A DNA stretch of 63,361 nt, filler included, from Octopus bimaculoides (GCF_001194135.2; 7 parts of 6 records of this genome joined end to end with filler, not necessarily neighbours in it); one strand, 5' to 3'; positions 25,401 through 38,975 are shown, counted from the first letter of the whole stretch. Numbers and translations are program-made. Notes: generated from the sequence alone by a model not told the origin.

Positions 25401-25627
25401 GCACCTAAAAACCATCTTGAATTTGTCTCAAATCTCTCACTCTTCTCTTGATTTCTGAAGGACGTGTCCTTCGAGCCCACGAAATTTTAAGACACATGGA
25501 GCTGAGTCAAACTGTTATGAATATATACATTTTAATAAAGGGATCAGATATACGCGCATCCATTTCTGTTGTCTTCCTGGAGGGTTTACCTGTAGAATCT
25601 CCTTGTTAGTATTATTCTTTGCAATGT

Positions 25628-25800
25628 TATTCTTTTCTACTCTAGGCCCAAAGCCCGAAATTTGGTGGGAGGGGGCCAGTCGATTAGATCGACCCCAGTA
25701 TGCAACTGGTGCTTAATTTATCGAACCCGAAAGGATGAAGGGCAAAGTCGACCTCGGTGGAATTTGAACTCAGAACATAAAGACAGACGAAATGCCGCTA
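25628..25800 (-). mobile_element. SINE family B
   Basis: Near-consensus GTCGATTAGATCGACCCCAGTATGCAACTGGT...GTCGACCTCGGTGGAATTTGAACTCAGAAC. Confidence 0.85.
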
Positions 25801-25912
<112 letters not shown>

Positions 25913-27164
25913 CACATAGAAACAAAGGAGCATACGGAAAAGCAGAAAAAATATGATCTTTGTTGACATGCTCAAACCATCATCATTTATCGATCAAACA
26001 GCATCGCAATTTCGACACTAACGATAATATTTTTCGGTTTGGAAATTTCTGCAACAGAAGCTGTTGTGGTATAAATAAGCAGACACGAAAGACAAACATC
26101 AACAGAAAAAATGTGGACAAATACAATAACAAGAAACAACGAGGTTTCTAGACCGAACTATAAATAAAGACAAATTATGAGAACTGGAATACATATATAT
26201 AAAGAAAAGGTTATATATCCAGAAATAGGTATATATAAAGAAAGGGTTATATAAGGGTTATAAAATATATTTTTAAAATATTTTATATAAATCAGTCATT
26301 ATCCGATATTGAACACAAAATGGTAGGTCGGTTAGACATAAATATACAGTCAATTTTTGACATAATTAACATATGCATGCACTGATACATCCATACATCC
26401 ATCCAAACATACAAATTATATATGCATGAATACATGCATACATACATGCGTGTATATGTATGTGGGTGAGTGTGTGTGCATGCATACACATACACCTATA
26501 TAAATACTCACATGTGTATACAAATATTCTTGTATATGTAAACGTACAGATTTGTCGTGTTATATATGTATGTAGATATGCATATTAGTATGGGTGAGAG
26601 CAGATATATAAGTGTTTGTGGGTGTGGGTATGGGTGGTGATTCTGTTGAATTAATACAATTCTGTTGACAATTCTTCCGTTTCCTTAGAATATTTCAGCA
26701 TCTTCACCACTCCAAAATATACATTTTGGGTAAATTTTCAAATGTTTAATGAGTGAAATGGAATCTTTCCAAGTGTGAAAATTCGCCGTGAAGTTGAGAA
26801 GACGTGAATGTAATAAAGAAATATGCTGCCGCCAACAGCGGCCCAAATGTAATAAATAGTAGTTTTAGCAATTGGACATCCCAAAAGAACCGGGAGAAAG
26901 TAATGATATATATGTTTTTTCAAGACTATGTGCGGTTTTACGTTGTAATTTCGTCGTCATCGTCGTTATTGTTGTTCGTTCGTTCGTTCGTTTTTTTGTT
27001 TTTCTTTATCTTTATGCTTTGGCCTTACATCAATCCAGACTGTGAGCAAAGGCGCTTTCAACGAGCGTTCGACCAGTGTTCTTTTCGTATGTATGATGTT
27101 ATTTTTTTCTCCTTTTTAAGGCATAATATATCGAGGCAATAGAAAGATGTCTACTTCCATTTTA

Positions 27165-28095
27165 AGACGGTATGGTGTGATTAGATGGAGATTTAGCTGC
27201 TATTCCCAGCAGGTCGAATGACTGAGTAGAGCCTCCATTTTATGTTGTTATTTTCAGCAACATCAGTCTAGCTTTGATCGAGAAGACCATGCGTCATTGT
27301 TGGCGGATGACGTGTCCAGTACTACATTACTTTATATCGATCTTTCCTTCTTTAAGGCTGTAGAGTATTATTTCAAGGAGATCTGCTTCCTTTTAATGCT
27401 ACATTTTGTTAGTGAAAGTCTAATTTATTCCGAAGTAACTTCTCCAAAAAGAAAAACGGTCGTAATATTCGTAATTAGCGTCAAGAATTACATTCACATA
27501 CGTGTCTTCAATAGAATCAGTAGAGGTAGTTCAAAACAAAAAGATCCCCATTTGTCCCAGACATCGTGTATTTAAGGAAAATCTAGCTGCTATTTCTAGA
27601 AAATGGAGTGATTATGAAGAGGTTCCAGTGATGTTAATGCTTTTGTTGTTGTTGGTTAATCCCAGAATGGGTCTGAACGAGCAGATTTATAGTCAAACGT
27701 AATTTAGTAGGGACCATCGCATTTTATTTTAATTGATTTATTTATTTTTGTATTACTTAGTATTGTTTTCTCCAGATAGAATTATCCAGTGTGTTTTTCT
27801 TTGTGTTTGATGTGCATTTGGCTACTATCTTTAGCAAAACGAACTACTGCTAAGTGACTTTCTCGCTGCTTCCTTATATTATGTTGTACATTTTAGTGTA
27901 GATGCCCTTGTGGGGTCATTTTACCAACTAGAAATAGCAATTACATCTCTTTCGAATTTCATCATACCATCTTAAAGCAAAAAGATGCATTGAACAATAT
28001 GGTCCAAAATATACTAAGAGAAGGGATGGTCACGGTTGGAATATCTTTGACAATAGTTGTGCTCGATCATTTCTGAACTTGTGGCTAAACAACAC
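27165..28095. repeat. Cluster of fragments of an unclassified interspersed repeat
   Basis: The motif GATTTAGCTGCTATTTCTAG(C)AGG and relatives recur at about 27190, 27585, 27825 and 27930 (reverse), and also at about 18310 and 11215. Confidence 0.45.
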
Positions 28096-29699
28096 TATAA
28101 ATGTCGTTGAATGTATAAAACGTTTGTATATATGTCGAATCATCTTTTAAGTAAGTCAGGACAATTTATCATGGGATCAGAATCCAGCTTAAAAGTAGTG
28201 AAGAGAAATACTTGATGCTGGAAGCAAAGGAAAATAAACGTGAAGTCGACAAGTTCTGGATAAAGTAGAAATAAATGATTTGAGTTCAGTTGTCTTAAAT
28301 TGGAATATAATTTCTCGGAAAATCTCTAACTTTTAGGCAACACAATTATTTCTGCCACTAATTGTACAAATCTCTGGTACGAGCAGAGTTCTATAAGTTC
28401 CAATATATTGACGGTGATGTGTCTATATCTAAATTGTGTAAAATATTCTTTAGGTTGCAAACGGAAGAATATAAAACATTGTAACTTAAAGCACATATTT
28501 TAACAAATTATGATGTAGCAGCGATGTAAAGAGTTGCGATTAAATTATCTCAATTATATCAATCATAAATTGTTTCCCTTAAACTTTGAATATCAATTTG
28601 TCGGTACATCTCAGTGTGAGTGGATGTGGTAGGAGAGGGCAGTTTCTCAGTATAATCTCTCATACTATCTTAAATGAATCATGAGAATGTATCAGTACAT
28701 CTCAATTCATGGTTAACAACATCAAAGAAACAGTCTAATGCCTTAAAACAAAGGAAAGAAAACAGTAAATAAGATAATATTTGAATAAAGTATTAAGTAA
28801 TAAATGTCTTAGGTGAATTATTGTTAATATGATTATAATATATCCCCGACTGTTAACCTCATCTTTAAAGATGTGGCATGATTTAATATTTGTATCTGCA
28901 CAGTAATAATTCAAATATTTTACATTTCTAAACTTGAAGTTAATAGACCGAAAAATTATAAACGTGCTCAGAAACAGCTTAAGAAAAGTTTACTTTTCCT
29001 ATAAAAAAAAATAAATAAAGTTAATTCCAAACAGAATTTATGTGAAGTATTGAAATGGATATTTTGATAAGATCAGAAGTGATTTTAGAAACAATTCTTT
29101 CAGCAAATGATGTAGACAAATAAGACATCTGATGGTGTTGATGTAGACAAATAAGACATCTGACGGTGTTATAGAAAAGCAATAATGTAAAGGTGATTTA
29201 TTAATTAATCTATCATACAAAGTGGTTTTAGCTTTAAACAATTGAGCAATAACATTTCTAATTATGAACAATTCTTTGTGATTTTGTCAGAAGATAATTT
29301 ATAGTGTACGAAGGTTGTATTGCAAGTTCTAACTCAATGAATATTTCCCTGTGATTTTGTCAGAACATTTCTATCATGCATTTTTTTTCCTCAGGAATAC
29401 ATACTTGAATAGGTACCACACTGCTACTTGCAATAGATTGTCTATGGTGAGAGAATCATCTTCCATCGGCTTGGTGCCAAAAAACTACAGTTAAACATCT
29501 GTTCTTTTTGGAAATCTAATTATCATTATCATTATTACCCGTCCTGGCTGGACGTGTATCGTATCGCTCGTGAGTTTATCTGTTTACTTGTGTCTCCAAA
29601 AGTTGTTAATTGTTAAATTTTGTTTCAAAACATTTGTTGGCGCCACCAACACTTCATAGGACTGAGCGGTTTGAGAGCTCAGATTCGAAAAGAAAATTT

Positions 29700-32600
29700 T
29701 CATTTTAATAACAAACATGGTGATATATTCATTGCTCAGTGACATGGGGGAGGAAGTCACAAGTAGATCTGACAAAGAATTGCAATACATGTCAGACTCC
29801 TCTGCCTTCAACCCTCAAATAGAAGGGGAGGTGAATACTCACCAACTTGAAAGTCTAGTGGACCAGACTACTAGTATGACGACTAACAGCAGCAGCAGCA
29901 GCAACAACATCACGGCACGGAAATTTAATTCCAACTAAGAGATTGACTTCTTCCCCTATAAAGTGACAATACCACAGACATCAACAACACTGACAACGTA
30001 ACCACGAACACAGCCACCACCAACATCATTACCACCACCACTGCAACAACAAAAGTTATGACAGTAGGAAAAACACAAAAGCAACAGTGGCCACAGCAAC
30101 ACAAAAATGGCAACAATGATTCAAATGTGAATAACAATAACAACGTCAATAACAACAACATGCTCGCAGTAACGGCTTCTAAAGATACTGAACTGTATAA
30201 TGGGGATATACTACAAAAAGACATATGTCTGGCCCAAGCACCCACACTAATCAATTTCGAAAACTCATGGACTGGCATAGCCATTCTCTTGCCGCCCCTT
30301 CCCCGTAGTGTTGGCAAGGACACGAAAACAACTGTAATAACGTGCTTCTATACATGTAACAAATGTAATGTGTTTCCATAAACACAAAACGGCCGGAGAC
30401 AGCGAGTCAGGCAGATGTGGAAGAAATAATGCCCTACGTACAGTACATCTCGAGAGCCAAACAATTTGCAGGCATTTCAATGCTCTTCATCAATGAAGCT
30501 CTGGCCGTCAGACACTCCGTGATTCCTTGTTGAAGCGATACATATGATCTCGATCTATCATATTTAGGGTGGAGGACGGTGAGATTAAGGACTCGGGAAT
30601 TCTACCTGAGGTAAATATATGGTAGGTTTTAGCATGCGTCATCTTGATAGGAAGTGACATCCTCCTGAAGGTGAAGCGAACGTGTCGTGAAAACTTCCCG
30701 GGGACCAGTGTGATGGTGCTATTCCACATCAATCTAGACACTATCCACAAGATTCCAGACCTCATTTGGTTTCCGGGATAGAGAGCTGCATGTTACGGTC
30801 GCTCTCACATGTGGAGAGATTGACAACTAGCAGAAACAACAAAATTAACAACTACTGGAACAACACTAACACCAGCAACAACAGCAACACCAACAAAACC
30901 AGCAGAATATTCACCACCACCACCTTCAACAGCATAAAGAAATATAACGGACACAAAAATGTCAAGGGGCTCTCCCAACGAAGCTCTCCCTCTCCCCTTC
31001 TCTGCCTTCTCTGAACTCAAACATGCTTATAGCCTCTCACCAAGATTCAACAGATACTGATACCTCTGCATCACGCAGTGAAAATGAGAGCCGTAAAAAC
31101 CAACGAAAAACAATCAAATATCATTCCTCACACCAACACACACAAAAAACATGGAGAACACACTCACAACAATCACAGACACTACAACAACACCAACCTC
31201 TACTGCACCACATTCGTCAACACATCTGCCGCTTCCACTACGGGCTCCACCAGCACTACCACAACCGAACAATCCACTAAACGAAAATGCACTCAACAGT
31301 AGCAGAGGAGGGTCAACAAAGAATTGATAGCAAGAAGGAAAACTATCGAAAGAGCGGGTGCGATCTTCGGCACCAGCACCGTTCGAGTACCAGAAAAACT
31401 GATGGTTGTGCGTATGCCGCTGGAAATCTATAAAAACATTAGGGAGAGCTCCCCTTTATGTAAAATCCACGAGTAGGCTTTTAAGGGGGTTTTCAAAGAA
31501 ATAGAAATTGAATCACCTGACCTCCAGCAGCACCCGGAAGGTAAGTAGCTCCCCTACATTTTTCCTTTTCTGAGCTCTTTCCGGTCGTTACGGCATGTTT
31601 AAGAGTGGCTTGGAGTCGCCCTGGAAGCAAAGTCGCTTGCTCAACGAACTCAGGTCATTTTTGACACACACACGAACAAGTCCCTGTTTTCGATGACTCT
31701 GAAATTTACACATCTCTTAGTCGGTTTGAAATGGGAGGCGAGGTGGCAGTGCTGTTTATGGAAGACCTGGATCTCGAGGTACAGACGATCTTCCCGGACC
31801 CGGATGATAAGTTGGTGGTCCTGGGTGTGAGTAATAGTAAAGGTGGTGCTTTTAGACTGAGATGGGGCAACCAGATTTCTTCAGAAGTTTGGATGTTTTC
31901 CTTGAGACGTTTCTCTCTTTAGTGCTAGTGGGCGACTGGAACATCATTTTGAACGCACGCCTGGATATGGTGGGGCTAGCCGATAGGTGATGGTATGTAA
32001 AAACCTCACAATCTGCTCAGTCGCTTCCAAATGGCTGACAGGTACCGAATGGATTTCTGAAATGTGTCAGTGTGAACATGGGCAAACAGCATCGGATCTT
32101 CCAGGTCGTAACTAGATAGAGTATTCTGTAGGCCAGAAGATAGAGGTAGCATAAGTTGTCCGCAATTCAAAGTCGTCGGCTACACAGACCATAAATTTGT
32201 GATCTGTACGGTCGGTCTAGATGGATTCCATACGCAGGGCCTCGGATACTAGTAGCTGAACACGTCTTTCTCAGAACACCAAGCTTTCAGAGACCAGATC
32301 AAAACAATAACTGATGGGAAGTGACGAGCAGAGTGGATACTCTCATCAAGAAATGGGGCGAGAGGAAGCTGTCCCTGAAAAATCGAGCAGAGATGGCAAA
32401 TGCGTACATTGCCTTTATTTACTGCATCCTGGCCGTTGCCCTTTGCCCTGCTTGGTTGCTGATCAAGCTGGGGCGCTTACTCTTTCGCTTTCTAATAGAA
32501 GTGACGTCAGGCGGTCCACTTACTGTCATCAGCTGCTGTGAGGAGTGCTGGGCATGCTGTAGCTAATGATGCACAATCATGCGCTGAGGCTGCTACATCT

Positions 32601-33445
32601 CGAGCGTTTCCTTGACGGTGAGTAAGTGTGATGTCTTCGGGGAGACTCTGGCATCGGTAGGGATCAAATAGCTAGTCTCTTCTGGAGTACTTTCAGGCCA
32701 GAGCCTATGGATAATTTGTAGAAATCCCAGGCTTTGCTATGTTACCGGGGGATCTGCTAGTTCAAGATAAGCTATACAGGCACTGCATTACTTGTCAGAC
32801 AGACCTCTCTGAGATGCCCACAGAGCGATGAAAACATTCTGCATGCACACATCCAGTATCCAGACATTGCTAACTTGTGGAGCTTTGTCGAACACGCAGT
32901 TTTCGCATGTAGGACAGATCCGGTTATCGGCCTAGTCCATCGCGACGATAGCCCCACCGCTTTCTTTAGGCCTAGCAGGAGGCACAGTTTTCTTGTGTGG
33001 TTGCTATAGCAAAAGAGGTAGTGCGGTGGATGAGGTTGGAAGGGCTAAAAACAGAGATACTTTTCTCTTCGGCCAAGCTTTCATCGGCTTTTTTTTATTC
33101 CACTTGAAAAGGAAATTGGAGGAGGAAAGATAAGTGTTGCACCCTAGTATCTTCGGTTGAAAGGCGAGTGAATGTTGCGGTCTGAACATACGTCTATACG
33201 CTAGTGGGAATGAAAAGGAGAGAAGTGCCTGCTAGCCTGGGCTACCCTTATGGATCGAGGTGACCTGGATGTGTGCTTACCGAGGTGGAACTCTCTCTTC
33301 TTGGGGATTTTATTGTTTACATTTTGTTGCTATTTGTTATTGTTTTATTTACACGCATTTTTGTGTTAAGTTCCACTTGTCTCCTGTTTCAGTATTGTCC
33401 TTTTCTTTTGTGTTCGGCTTTTATGGCCAATAAAGAAAAGATTAT
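29700..33445 (+). mobile_element. Tx1-like (L1 clade) LINE, internally deleted and decayed
   Basis: ORF1 relic with a zinc knuckle (ACYGRSHMWRD, about 30785). APE endonuclease (GGEVAVLF, LVLVGDWN, LDRVF, YTDHKFV, 31730-32290). ORF2 C-terminal region (KWGERKLSL...KLGRLLFRF, 32320-33140). 3' UTR with AATAAA near 33430. Most of the RT core is missing. Confidence 0.75.
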
Positions 33446-35724
33446 TATTATCATTGCTGTAGTTGTTATTGCTGTTGTTGCTGTTGCGTGCATGCATGCT
33501 TACATACATACATGCATACATACATACATACATACATACATACATACATACATACATGCATGCATACATACATACATACACAATTCTTTCTTTGTATTTT
33601 CGGAATGGTTTATCATTTGCTGAAAACTTGTTGAATGTATCCGTTTATTGTTGGTATCACCTCACTCATGACTTATGTTTCCTTGATCCACCCAAAGGAA
33701 ATACCATCAAAAACGTCCGGGTAGTTAATCCTTACCATGCTTAGATCCATCTTTTTCTTTCTACAGCCTTCAGTTATGACTTCGTTGATTAATAGTTGTG
33801 ATTAATAGTTGACTCTTACAGCCCTATGAGCTTTGTAGCAACCCATGCTCCTTTCTGGAAATGAGGGTGGTTACATGCTTATTTATTCTTTGTGGCATCA
33901 TTGCAAAAGAGGTATTGCAAGCTGTAGGAAGGCAGGTTATGAGTCTGTAGTCTTTCAGTTTTGCTACAATCCATTTACTCACCTTCCTGCTCCATTGTCA
34001 TTACGTAAACATAACGCTGGAAATGTGCTTACTGTCAGACGAGAGACAGAGAGAGATAATAGGAGAAAGAAAGGAAAAGATGAGGAAGAGCTCAGTGAGA
34101 CTTGAGTTATGTTAAAGTTTATGATGATCGTAACAAGACTCGAAACTGCGGACATGTTTTACAAATAAGTGCTATGAACAAAATATGTTTAGAATTTATG
34201 GAACTTTATCCGCAGTGTGGTGTGCTGCCAATCATAATTTTGGCTGGTTATTATATAAAATTTATTTACATATATTTGGAATGATATCTGAATTCAGATG
34301 TAATCTCAAAGTACCATGACTTAACATTTTCAGATGAACAACAGTTGGCGTTGATTTTCGTTATTTGTTAAATTGAAGAATCGGTGTGACAATTTGAATG
34401 AAAAAATTTTTAATAAAAAAATTAAATGACATGAAAAATTATTTCTTTTCTATATATTATTGTATCATCGCATAATTTTGATTCTTTGACATGATGAATA
34501 AAACTAGTGAATGCTAACCGAGGCAGTGATATTTGTTTAACCTTAGAATTTCAAAGAATAATCTTTATTTGTTTACCATCCGAAAAACATGGCCGGGAGA
34601 TGGAAATGGGAATATGTTTGAAACATTAACACAATGTTTTCATCTTATTTATATATTTTTTGTATACATATTTTATAACAAAGGTTAGGAATAGATACTG
34701 ATTTATTATATATCTTCTGGTTTGTATGCAATAATACATATTCCTCTATGTCATTTCTATTTTTTTTTTAATCGTTTTCCTTATATAACATTTTCGTGTA
34801 ATCTGTGATTTAAAAGTAAACTCTTTTCAAGACTTATGTGACGCTGGTTTGGTAGTATTGTAACCTGCACATGGTTGGTAATTAATCGCTGGTAATTAAA
34901 GAATGAAGTATTAGAATGTTTTGGAGTAGAAAAGATCAATGGCTTGATCTTGTGGAAGAGGTTGTACCAGTGGCTTGATAGAACTGTCCACGACCAGTGT
35001 TTATGTCTCTCTATAACTGATGGCTGCTGAGAAAAATATGAACGGACGAGGGAGATTCTATATAGTCGTCTGAAGTACAATAAATAGCAACCAAAGCTGT
35101 TAAATTGCAGCATACTGTCTTTAAAAGATGCAAGGATGCTTGAACATTGCAGATACGCAATTCCTGGAAAAGGATAGGATGGTCGTGATTGGCACCCTTG
35201 CTCGTTTATGACCGACCCGCTGTTAATCAACAACAAAAATATAAAACAATTCCAGAGGGAGGATGTTCAAGAGAAAAGGACCAGGTGTAGTATTTTATGT
35301 GGTACCTGGAAGGAGATGGACACAACTGGAGATGCAGGAAAAGGAGATATTAGTGAATCTGATATACCGTATTAGAGATGATGCCATACCAGTCAGTTCA
35401 AAGGAGAAGAGGCCACCATAGTAGCGGTAGAAACGACAGAAAGAGAAAACATATGAAGTGCGCTGGTGAGTAACAGCAAAAACTATTCATCGACATTTTT
35501 TAGGGTGGGGTGTATTTGTGGCAGCACCACCTACACAGCATCTAAGAGATCGGTACTCTATTGATGGTTTCCCTATCTATTTATCTGTCTATCTATCTAT
35601 CTATCTATCTATCAATCTATCTATCTATCTATCAATCTATCTATCTATCTATGTGTATGTCTGTCTGTCTGTCTGTCTGTCAGTAGGGTTTTTTTCTAAG
35701 AATGTTGACACTAATTGTGATATT

Positions 35725-36962
35725 ATCTAGATGTTTCTGAGATCCTTTCTTATCATTCCTAGGGCATCCACAATAACAGGAACAGTCTCGCTTTAAGATG
35801 CCACATCTTTTGTATTTCAATTTCCAGGTCCTTATATTTACTTAATTTGTCAAATTCCTTTACAGATATATTTTTGTCCGTGGGAACACTTATATCTATT
35901 AGTCTGCAAGTATTGTCTTCTCTGTCTTTAATGACTATGTCTGGTCGATTACTCTGGATCGTTCTCTCGGTGTTGACTGGAAAATCCTAGAGGATAGTGA
36001 CATTTTTACCTTCAATGACTGGCTCGGGATGATGTTCATACTAGTAAGCAGGAGTGCTGATTTTGTAGTTTTTACATATTTTCCAATGTAAATACTGTCC
36101 TACCCTATCGTGGCGATTTTTGTATTCGTTTGGCAGCAACACAGAACATCCCGAGGCGAGATGGTTTATTGTTTCATCAACTTTATCGCAGAATCTGCAT
36201 TTAGGGTCAGAACCGTTTGAAGAATGTTAGCCTGGTAGTTTTTGGAAGCAAGCTTTGATCTTGTACCGCTAATATGAAACCTTCAGTCTCTGATTTCAGT
36301 CCTAAGCTTCTCAGCCACTGGTGAGTTGTTGCTTGGTCTACATCAGCATTTCGGCTTCGAAGTATATACTGTGCTTGCAAAGACTTCTGGCTCCACCGCT
36401 CCTCAATTTGTTTCTGCCCTTTCTTTTTTGAAGTGTTTGCTTTTTCGTGGCAGTCGTTTCAGATTCTTCACCTAATTCAGGGTTAATTTCAAGTTCCCTT
36501 GCAAATTTGCAAGCTTCCTTGACAATAGAATGTGATCTTTTGCTGCTTTCATGTTTGCACACATGCAGCAGTATCCAGTCCTCTGTACTAGATAAGTACT
36601 TGTTCATTGCTATTGTGGAAGTCTTATAGTACAGTTCTATCTGCATCATTCCTCTTCACCCATTACGTCTAGGCTGGTACAGACGATCAACATCTGCTTT
36701 TGAGTTGTGCATTTTCTTAAATGCTAGTAGTTTTCTCGTTTTCCTGTCCAAGCGTTGGAGTTCTGTAAGATTTCAGTTAATGATGTTAAAATTATATTGG
36801 ACTACTGGAAGTGCCGGGGTGTCAATGGCTTCGATGCAATTTTTGGAGTTGAGTTCAGTTTTTAGTATGAGTTATATCCTTCTGTAATACTCCTTTCGTA
36901 TTTTTTCCTTCATAGTAGCATGTTGTATACCATCTCCTTTGTTTATCCCAGGTATTTATAGC
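35725..36962 (-). mobile_element. R4/Dong-clade LINE, 5'-truncated
   Basis: YKYLG, KEYYRR, DVDRLY, ETEGFILAVQDQSL, ETINHLASGC, RHDRVGQYLHWKIC, NRPDIVIKD and KYKDL (late RT plus REL endonuclease). Confidence 0.9.
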
Positions 36963-36963
<1 letters not shown>

Positions 36964-37004
<41 letters not shown>

Positions 37005-37014
37005 NNNNNNNNNN

Positions 37015-37056
<42 letters not shown>

Positions 37057-37057
37057 C
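36964..37057. repeat. (TTA)n microsatellite with a small gap
   Basis: Direct reading; abuts the Dong copy. Confidence 0.9.
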
Positions 37058-37794
37058 ACCTATATTGTCAATAATTTGTATATTTTTAAAGGTTTCTATC
37101 AAGGCTAATTAACTTGATACCTAAGAAATATTATGCTCTTCACTCGGTGTTTTCAGTCCCATACCTTCGGTGCAGTTAAGGCCTTCTAATATAAATAAAG
37201 AGAAGAATTTGTAACTATTGGAGAAGAATTAGAATGGATGGGCGATGGTGTAGAAATAATGAAGGAGAGAGGAATCTGTTATGCTGCCATATTCAAAATC
37301 TCATTAATGATGAAAAAAATAATTGAGATGGAAAAACAAAACAATTCATGATTTAATTTCCAGTCCATTCAGTGAATTAGCAAACTCGAATTAACGAACG
37401 ACATCAAAATCCAAATTAACAATTTACAGTATTAAGTGGACAATAACAACAAAAATGAAACACAAAGTCCACCACAGTCACACTTTCAACACGGGATAAT
37501 GGTATTTCCATCTATGAAATTACCAGGAAACTCACAAGAAACACAACATTACGGCGAGTAATCGCGAGGCTGAAACAGTCAATTACTCTCACCAGCATCA
37601 TCTGATACTTTGGTAAAACGTGGTGCCAACAATGACAGAAACGTCATTGTCGACGGCCCAATTTCCCTAAACGTCTTAAATATCGCAGGCTACAAACAAT
37701 AATTTGCCTAAAAATGATATTTCAGGATATTATTCCGTTCGGCTACGGACAAAAGAATGCAGTTATGGATTTTAATAGTAATGCCAAAAAAAAT

Positions 37795-38010
37795 AGTCGA
37801 ACAAATCAACCCTAGTACCTATTCTGTCTATGTCTGGTACTTGTTCTATTGCTCGCTTTTGCCGAACCGCTAGGTTACGGGGACGTAAACAAACTAATAC
37901 CCGTTAACAAGTTGTAGTGGCGGCCACACACAGACACAAAGATATACGTAGATACATAAGCATATATAAACGTCATGCTTCTTTCAGTTTCTATCTACCA
38001 AAACCACTGG
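37795..38010 (-). mobile_element. SINE family A fragment
   Basis: TTTTGCCGAACCGCTAGGTTACGGGGACGTAAAC...TTTCAGTTTCTATCTACC. Confidence 0.7.
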
Positions 38011-38039
38011 GACTGCTTCACGACGTTCGTCGCCACTGC

Positions 38040-38975
38040 GGCCACTGCACTCACACCAGAAGAAGGAGTAACCGGTTTTGACTTCAGTTACTGACCTTTG
38101 TCTACAAGCCTAGTCTCGTTCAGAGCTGCAATGCCAGATTTTGTCTTGCTGAGTTCTTTTGCGACATCTCGTATGTCTGTTTGCTTTGGAGTTGTCCATT
38201 TGTGTTCACACATTCCATATGCCAATGGTGAGCGATATCACCGATGTTTTCGACGGCATAGTTGGGATCCCCGCATGCCGCAGTATGCAGACCAGGGTGA
38301 GGTGAAGCGGGTTATGTTTAGGGCATCTTTTGTAGCCCCTTCCTCATGGAGGTAAGCAGAGCAATTCTAGAGAGGACAATCCTCAGACATCCAAAGTGCT
38401 GCCGAACACCACTGCTGCTTCGGTCAGTGGAGAGCGACCTTATGTCCTAGACTGCCTGCGTGTAGGTTTCTGACTACAGCTTCTAGTACATCCATACATG
38501 CTGTTTTGTCATTTGCCCATCTCCACAAGACTTGAAGGTGGATCTGGGAAGGTGTGATATCTTGACTCGCGCGCGACAAGTATTAAGGTGAGGGAGGGTT
38601 GCACAACGCCGTCTACCTCACTCTCTCGTCCCTTCCTACCTGATTTCAGTGGTAGAACGAAGACAAGACAACTACAGATAGGTCAAGATGCAGAGGATGG
38701 CCACAATGTCCTTCATGTCTTACTGTGCCTTAAACAATGTTTGCTGGTTCGCCTTCCTGCCCGTTGAACCAATCCCGTAGTTTCCTCCCCACAATCTGTC
38801 GGGTCCAGTCTTTACATGCGTAAGTAGACAAGCTCTTGCTCACTGAGGATTCAAAACCTCCAGCTACCCTTACGATGTCTAAGCCGGCCTGTGGAAGCCG
38901 TTACCCGGGGTGTGACCGCAGTAGCTTGCGGACAGCTTCGAGGAGCCACAGGTGAAAGCTAGGTGTCAAGTGACG
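38040..38975 (-). mobile_element. RTE (BovB-like) LINE 5' UTR and start of the APE domain
   Basis: Minus-strand LTIGIWNV...KELSK...IAALNETRLVDKGQ...GYSFFW matches the RTE N-terminal LTIGAWNVRTL...IAALSETRLADEGQ...GYTFFW pattern. It is preceded by a GC-richer 5' UTR. Confidence 0.75.

Noticed and set aside
29108-29170. 30-bp tandem duplication (also short duplications at about 5455 and 55480)
   Set aside because: Ordinary slippage duplications with two units only; not CRISPR-like and with no spacers.
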